Origin: Octopus vulgaris
Lineage: Eukaryota
Length of the DNA stretch: 64,000 nucleotides
Direction: 5' to 3'
NCBI GenBank assembly: GCA_951406725.2
Contig: OX597818.1
Location: 122,326,001 to 122,390,000 of the forward strand
Part shown: one piece after another, positions 54,744 through 64,000 of the stretch
Layout: each line of letters begins with the position of its first letter
Numbering within the stretch: position 1 is the first letter of the stretch
The notes under the pieces: model-generated
Databases searched by the model: none
Told to the model about the DNA's origin: nothing
Seen by the model: the letters and a program-made list of their open reading frames with translations, nothing else
Made by a program: the position numbers and the translations under genes

Positions 54744-55185
54744 GTAGGTGTAAACACATGAACAAAATAAAAATAAACAAAAACAAATTACACGAACGTG
54801 TATAAACAGGAGATGCAAATATTACAGGCAATTACCCCCCACACACACACTAACTAAACATAGGCACACAGAGATATACGCATGCACAAATGAAGACACA
54901 TACAATAGGAATACAAAATACAAAATGGCTGACAAATAAGAAAGAAGAAAGCAAAGGACCACTGATGAGGTCACAGAAGTGTAACGAAAGAACTCTGGCT
55001 GAAATAAGATTAAGATAAATGTAAAAAATAAATAACGCTGAAGTAAATTAATACCAAATATATAGTGCGTGTGTTTTTATTGGCTAAACTGGCAAAATGG
55101 CCATTTCTAAATACAACATCTGTTTCAACACACGATTTCACATCAAGAATCTTGCAAAACAAATATATAAACGTGTATATATATA
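54205..55185 (+). mobile_element. Penelope-like element 3' end: GIY-YIG endonuclease and 3' region
   Basis: NCKDRNVVYSIRCIEG*CSNNTTTYVGETARSIGERVTEHW...SVLYQHAVQEHGG...RQITEATHIIEDKPSLNRKLEW. Confidence 0.85.
54959..54998 (+). ncRNA. Minimal type I hammerhead ribozyme motif (Penelope-associated)
   Basis: cca-CTGATGA-ggtcacagaagtgtaac-GAAA-g-aa-c-TC-tgg: complete core, 3-bp stem I, imperfect stem II, minimal stem III. Confidence 0.6.
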
Positions 55186-56074
55186 TATTGTAGCAGCTAA
55201 ACCCGGTTTCACCCAGTCTGTTTGGATGATTTGGCTGTGATCGTTTTCGGTTAGGCATAATCTATAACAGCGTTTCTCAACTTTATTATTTTGGGCCCCC
55301 TGTTTCGATTGGAGCTTCCAGCTGTATGAAAATTTCCTGACCCCACCCCGTCAGAAAACAGCTTCTAAGCAACTGGTTGTTTTAATGGCGGAAGAAAGAG
55401 GGAAATTCCATTAGAAAAAGTTTTAAACGATTTTCTCGGTATGTATGTGGGCAAAGTAAAAAATTCAAACCGCAATCCAATCTATGCACCCGTCTCCACA
55501 TGTGAGCCATTTTTCACGCGAATCCACCCAGCCGTTTGGCTGTGAACCTCAAGACAAGAGAGAATACAACGATCGCCCATGTCCAATTCATATTATAGAT
55601 GTATATATGCATGCAAACATATTTATATATGCGTGTGTGGATGTGCGTGTATTAGTAATAAAATATAAAGAGTTGAGACTTCTGTTACATTCACATCCAT
55701 AGTATAAGACGGAAAATTGTGGAGTGGACAGCCTACAGGAACCGATACAAATATCTGTCGAATACTGTTCGGCCATAACAATCATTCCATCAAAGCAACC
55801 CACGACACCCCACTAAGGAATTTAACAAAAGTAAAAATACTACTAAGCCAACCAACGATGTTTACCTTCATTTATATCACAAACTCTGTTGGTGCTTTTG
55901 ATAACCTCTTAATCGCCTGCAGAGAGTTTGTTCTGTTGCTGTCAATACAGCCTACTCTCACACCAGGTAATACCATGCTAACTGAAACGATTGCAGGATA
56001 TAAATAAAATACATCACAAATGATTACGACTTAAGTAGTTTCGCCATTCACAAGTAGAACATAAGACATCTATC

Positions 56075-56168
<94 letters not shown>

Positions 56169-56232
56169 ACTATCTGTCTCTCTGTCTATCTGTCTTTTCT
56201 CTATTGACATATACATTCATATAAGATATACT

Positions 56233-56289
<57 letters not shown>

Positions 56290-56335
56290 TTAGAGATAGA
56301 GAGAGAGAGACAGAGACAGAGAGAGACAGAGAGAA

Positions 56336-56378
<43 letters not shown>

Positions 56379-56622
56379 TACATATATATATCTATTAATA
56401 TATATAATTAATAGAAACAGCTGAGCGCAATGCGATACCATAGAAGAATAATTCAGTCATCATGAAATATGACTTAGGGTGCTAAGAAACCTATATTGCT
56501 AGAAATAAGAGTTAAAATACTCGTAATACTGTAGAAAGCGCACAATTGTATACACATATGACGACATGGATTGTAACCAACCCATCACCGACTCGGGAAT
56601 ATATATATATAGACACACACGG

Positions 56623-56675
<53 letters not shown>

Positions 56676-56681
56676 TATGAA

Positions 56682-56728
<47 letters not shown>

Positions 56729-57060
56729 TATAGTACAGTAAAGTCTATTTAACAACACAATGTGGAATTCCTACGCAGGAGGATGTTACCACTTTTTAGC
56801 CCCAGCTGGCTTCCGACTCATGCTCTGTGTTCGTTTATTGTAATCAAGGGAGTCTACTGCTCCCTTTCTAGCCTTAGCGATACCTGTAGACCAATGGTTT
56901 CTGGGCCACTTCCGTTCCTCGGTAGAGGACTATCAGCGGAAGGAGATGGCATCCATTCGACCTTGGTCACAGTATATACTTTGACGGCACACAGGTGCTG
57001 ATCACGTTAAGAGAAAAATAGCTATTTTCCTATGTGCGTAGGACTGGCACATTGTGTTGG

Positions 57061-57203
<143 letters not shown>

Positions 57204-57770
57204 TATATATATACATATATATATAAGATTCCTCACAGTGAACATATAGAAAAATGTGCAGATAACATCAAACCAAATTTCACAGTCTTCCCTTTCTACC
57301 AGTGCAAAGACGCGATCTCTTAACTAGACCGTTTAGATAAAGAAATTTTTTAAATTGAAAAAAACAAAAGACATCTTAATATGCACGCATAACCAACTTT
57401 TATCGTTTTACATATTTCAATTCACGATTACATCACTGTACATAAATCCCCTCACTAAACAAGGTTTTTGAAACTTGTCTCTGTCTGTACACATATATAT
57501 TCCCCTCCCATTACCGAAAGCTGAACAGTTATCTCCCTTACCCACAACAATAACAATAAGAACGACAATCAATTACTTCCCTTTATTTTTCTACTTGTGA
57601 AGTCATTCACTCGCGAATTTCATCACACACAACATGGACAAAATTTCTTCTTAAGAAAAAATATATATTCAAATAAGTAAAACATAATATCATGAATAGC
57701 AATAACGAAATCGGTCGATATATTAAAAACTATGTTAAAACTATGTAAGTGTGCGTTTTTTCCTTTTTTA

Positions 57771-57852
<82 letters not shown>

Positions 57853-58194
57853 ACAACAGATAAGGGAAATGAAGTGGGCGAATAAATGTGTATTCCATTT
57901 GTTTATAGTTGTTTCAGTCTTATCAATTATGTAATAGAGATTACATCTACCACCAGAATACGCACTAATATAAAATATACATATAGCCAAGGCGGTGCGC
58001 CAGCATAGCTGCATTAAATGATTGAAACAAATAAAAAAATTAAAGGATAGATATATATACGTACATCCACATTTACATGCGTGCTGAGAAACTAATAGAC
58101 TGATCTTGAGAACTTTTGACGGCAGTTCAAAGCGTCAATTCTACTACAGAAAGAAAGCTGACACAATATAAGCCAGAGGCGTTAAATGTACTGT

Positions 58195-58870
58195 AGTGGC
58201 ACTGTAAGATGTTTGAAGCATTACAACTGTTTCAGTCACTGTTTTCCCCATCAGAAAACATAATTTCACAGAAGCACACTTCGTTTCAGCCATGGCAAAA
58301 GCGACTGAAGAGAAACACTGCAAAACAAAGACACAAAGGCGCAGGAGTGGCTGTGTGGTAAGTAGCTTGTTTACCAACCACATGGTTCCGGGTTCAGTCC
58401 CACTGTGTGGCACCTTGGGCAAGTGACTTCTACTGTAGCCTCGGGTCGACCAAAGCCTTGTGAGTGGATTTGGTAGACGGAAACTGAAAGAAGCCCGTCG
58501 TATATATGTATATATATATATATATGCGTGTGTGTGTTTGTGTGTCTGTGTTTGTCCCCCTAGCATTGCTTGACAACCAATGCTGGTGTGTTTATGTCCC
58601 CGTTATTTAGCGGTTCGGCAAAAGAGACCAATATAATAAGTACTGGGCTTACAAAAGAATAACTCTCGGGGTCGATTTGCTCGACTAAAGGCGGTGCTCC
58701 AGCATGGCCGCAGTCAACTGACTGAAACAAGTAAAAGAGTATAAAAAAGAGTACAGAATGCGACAGTAGGAGTAAAGTAGATGGCGCCGGCCGGTAGACG
58801 GATACCTGCAATACAAGGGGTTTGTCCTACGAGAGGACGTTTATAATTACTTTTTGGTACCCCTTCCTAT
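58195..58870 (-). mobile_element. Mariner 5' remnant interrupted by a SINE
   Basis: MAETKCASVKLCFLMGKTVTETVVMLQTSY (mariner N-terminal HTH-like); TIR-like tactttttggtacccct near 58850-58866. Confidence 0.6.
58337..58752 (+). mobile_element. SINE family B, full-length
   Basis: A box tggctgtgtggt, B-box-like ggttcagtcc, ccttgggcaagt CORE-like motif, internal (TA)/(TG) tract, tail gtaaaagagt. Confidence 0.9.
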
Positions 58871-59681
58871 AGTGACTTATGTGTAATGACATATACCACT
58901 CCAGTTTTCATAGCATTTGGATACAAAAAATGATTTAGCATTGTTGTCTAGATCAAAATTTACCGTTGTAAAAAATTGCCTCCAGTTATTGAACACTTGT
59001 TCAAAGCAAAAGGCAACAAAAATAACTGGAGGCAATTTTTGTTGCCTTTTGCTTTGAACAAGTGTTCGAGCAGCAATTACTTTTCTATTTGTTACTTCTA
59101 CCGATGTTAGGCAAATTTGATTTGGCGACGTCAAAGATATTTTATTGACACGAGTTGTGGTTATAATATTCTGCCTTTGCGTTGCTTTTGCTTTTTAGAC
59201 GGCAATGATGGTGGTGGAGGGTGGTATTCTAACAACTTAGAGCATCAACCGAGTTGGAGCACTCATCAAACGTGTTAGTTGTTCCTGATTAGTTACAAGG
59301 TTTCTGTGAATAAGCGCTATCAATACCAACACTGTAAGCAGTCTCATCACACCGTGACGTCTAAACCGCACGAAGATTGGTTAAAATACAGTTCCTAACA
59401 TTCAGCTTGCTGAAAAAAAACTGGGAAGGTATTTATAGAACGATTTAGTCATTTCACTACAGGTGTCAGTCGTGAAGCATAACTGTTGGTAAATACTGTT
59501 ATTACATAAACATTAAGGATGCAGGAAGCATTAAAGTACTTGTATCATTGCATTATCTAATATTGTAAAAATTGTACAAAATGCAAAAGTAAATATGAAA
59601 ATCACACAATGTTGGAATTTCAATGACTAACGTATTTATCTGTACGCAATCAAATTCTGATATGCATGTATGTTTGTATGC

Positions 59682-59738
<57 letters not shown>

Positions 59739-59885
59739 TTACGTATATAAAGAATCTCGTAAATTCCATATTCTCTTTCCTATATTTGTTATATATATAT
59801 ATACACACACACACGACACACACACACGACACACACACACACACGACACACACACACACACACATATATATATATGAATATATAT

Positions 59886-60698
59886 CCTGGCCCAGGAAGA
59901 ATTGCAATCCCTGAGTCAAAATCAGTGCGTGACCTGGGCATTGACATGAGCAATGATGCATCTTTCCAAATGCATATTGCTAATCTGGTGATAAAATGCA
60001 GACGGCTAGCTGGATGGATTCTCCGAACTTTCAGAACAAGAGAGAAGGAGACACTGATGGTCCTATGGAAAACATTTGTCCTCAGCCGCTTGGACTACTG
60101 CTCCCAACTTTGGTCACCACACAATATAAAACAAACAGCAGAACTCGAAGCAACTCAGAGAAGCTACACAAAGAAAATCGTCTCAATGCAAAATGTCAGC
60201 TACTGGGAAAGACTGAAGGTATTAAACCTCTTCTCTCTGGAGCGGAGGCGGGAGAGATATGCAGTGATATACATCTGGAAAATCCTGGAGGGTCTTGTCC
60301 CAAACTTTGGCATTCAAAGTTACTCCAACCGCAGAACGGGGCGCCGCTGCGTGGTGCCAAGGATTCCAACATCACCATCAAAATACAGGTCCAGATACTG
60401 CAACAGCTTGGGTTTCAGAGGACCACAGCTCTTTAACATCCTCCCTAAATGCCTGAGAGACTTACATGGTGTGGATGTGGGTTTCTTTAAAACTAAACTG
60501 GATCTCTTCTTGTTGGGAGTCCCAGATGAACCTACCTCACGAGAGGAGACACGGATGCGGGCAGCAGCATCGAACTCCCTTGTTGATCAAGTGCCACGTA
60601 TCAGAGGTGGATTTACAAACTAGTGTAGCTCATTCAGCGGTGGTGCCCCAGCATGGCCGCGGCCTTCGGGCTAAAACATTTTTAAAGATTAAAGATTT
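59886..60698 (+). mobile_element. 5'-truncated CR1-like LINE: uninterrupted C-terminal ORF2 (to 60623) plus 3' tail
   Basis: VRDLGI, WILRTF, LWKTFVLSRLDYCSQLWSP, SYWERLKVLNLFSLERRRER; ends in (aaagatt)2; flanked by (TA)n. Confidence 0.9.
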
Positions 60699-60989
60699 AT
60701 ATATATATATATATATATATAAATGTTAGGCCTACGTTAATGCACATACATGCGAACCTACTCACATAGACATATATGTGTGTATGTGTTTGAGTATATG
60801 TTTGATTATGTGTGTGTGTATGTATGTGTGTGTATAAGTGTGCTTACGAAAAGAATTCCGACAGGAAATGCGCGATTATCGATGAATCATCCAATATTTT
60901 CGTGATTATCTATTGTTGGTGGCATTCATATATATGAGGTTAAAACAATGCACATGCTCACACATGCCAATAAATGCCAAAACCCACAA

Positions 60990-62400
<1,411 letters not shown>

Positions 62401-63054
62401 ATGTCTTTAACTCTGTCTCTATCTTTCTATTTATCGCGTATCTAATTATCTATCTATTTCTATCAGGTTCTCTTGTCATCGCACAGATGAACTAGTAAGA
62501 GTGCTGAGAGCTTATCTCCTGCTTTCTTCCCCAGATATATAAATGTCGTCATCATGAACACTTGCTCTCGTGGTGGAAGAAAACAACATTTATGGTACAT
62601 TAAACTATGATATCGACAACACCTATACACATCGAAATGGAGCATTCCAATGGCACCAAATTTCCCTTCCTCTTTCTCTCTCTCTCTCTCTCTCTCTCCA
62701 TCTCTATTTCTTCCTCTCTTTCCCTCCTGCTATTTCCTTCTCTTATTTGCTTTCTCTCTCACACACAGTCACACTGTTAGATTTCTTACCGAAAATCAGA
62801 AAGGAGGCATCGTTACTAAGAAACAGCAAGAAAGCTATTCGGCCTTATCGAAAAAAACCTTATCGAAAGTAGTCTGGGGCAAAGAGTAAAGACCCTCTTC
62901 GGTCATGAATGACCATGAGATTTTATCTAGAAAGTTCCCCTTCAAGGCACAAGTTATGGAAGAGCAGCAGCCGCCCATGCACACCAGCTTGCCCTCTCCA
63001 AGTGAAAGACAATGGCCGATACAGTATGGCGCCAATGACATAGGAACTGATTTC

Positions 63055-63192
63055 TAGAGCTGAGTGAAATGTAGCAACGTGAAATAAAGTGTCTTGCTCA
63101 AGAACACATACACACAGCCCGGTCCGCGAATCAAACTCACAGCCACACGATTGCGAGCTCGGCGCTCTAAACACTGAGTCATGTGCCTTCAC
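63055..63192 (-). mobile_element. tRNA-derived SINE head (degenerate)
   Basis: Minus strand tgactcagtgtttagagcg...gagtttgattc...ttcttgagcaagacacttt. Confidence 0.65.
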
Positions 63193-63270
63193 ATACGTAA
63201 TAGACCACATAGACTAATATATGTGATGTTTCTACACAGACATCACTGTTCGCAAAGCGTTAATCTACAA

Positions 63271-63503
63271 CAGTAATTCTCAACCATTCGTTGTCCCTTT
63301 GATTTCTATTTCAATCTACTGGACCTCCATAGCCATTCACTGTAAATAAAAAGGAATCTTACTGTATTTTTGTAATTAAATATTATTAGAAATCCTATAG
63401 AAATTTAAATTATTTTGTTTATTGTAGAAAATTGCAGATAAATTATTTCAACAAAATCTCATATGGATCACCAAGGGCTATATGAACACCGCTTGAGAAC
63501 CCT
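63271..63503. mobile_element. Possible hAT-type MITE remnant
   Basis: Degenerate TIRs cagtaattctcaacc / gcttgagaaccct; a similar end occurs at 55268 (cagcgtttctcaac). Confidence 0.45.
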
Positions 63504-64000
63504 TAGGGTAGAAACATATAACTATGAATATGCTTCATCTGTTAGAAAATATTACTTGCGGCATATAATTAACAGAAGAAAAATATTCGAAGTGAATGAT
63601 TAGAAGCGTAATTTTTATGGAAAAAGAAATCAATTCTATAATCAACAAAAGACATTAGTTGTGAGACGCTACCGATCTGAATACGTCGTTGCGGACACAG
63701 CTCGTCATGTCAATGTAGATGCTAAGCTAATGTTAGTCTCAATGCTCTCTCCATAAGGATGGGAGTTCAAGCCGGACATGGTTTAGAGTACATTTTACCG
63801 ACCCTAGTAGTAGAGAAATTTGCCAACCCATTCCTTGAATATAACATAGATTCGACTAGAGCAAACATGCATATATATATATATATAGTGACTGCCTTGA
63901 GCAGCTTGCACGACCCGCGCATCCTACTCTGCGTCATTGAAACCTGAATAAGTTGGGTTACATTGTTTGTAAACGTGTGTTTAGATATATATTTTGATCG

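Overview
Eukaryotic, AT-rich, repeat-saturated DNA in which I can recognise no intact host gene. Extreme microsatellite density ((TA)n, (CA)n, (TACA)n, (TATC)n, (GAT)n, (AAT)n) and the SINE families present suggest a coleoid cephalopod, probably Octopus; this is inference, not demonstrated. Almost all listed ORFs are artefacts of microsatellite translation. Supportable content: three tRNA-derived SINE families; fragments of Tx1/L1-like, R4/Dong-like, CR1-like and Penelope-like retroelements; one full-length defective DD34D mariner plus two remnants; and a 100-N assembly gap. Six signals stand out. (1) Several long fold-back inverted repeats and one interlocked A-B-A'-B' repeat. (2) SINE concatemers joined at the same palindromic GAAATA-NN-TATTTC junction at two loci. 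(3) A minimal hammerhead ribozyme motif downstream of a Penelope GIY-YIG, plus two atypical-core variants. (4) A non-coding element with identical 227-bp direct repeats inside (TA)n. (5) A structured 3' tail shared between a SINE and a CR1-like LINE. (6) Repeat-free islands from about 32 kb onward with stop-interrupted, protein-like minus-strand frames that I cannot assign (possible decayed virus or pseudogene). All coordinates and identity counts were read by eye and are approximate.
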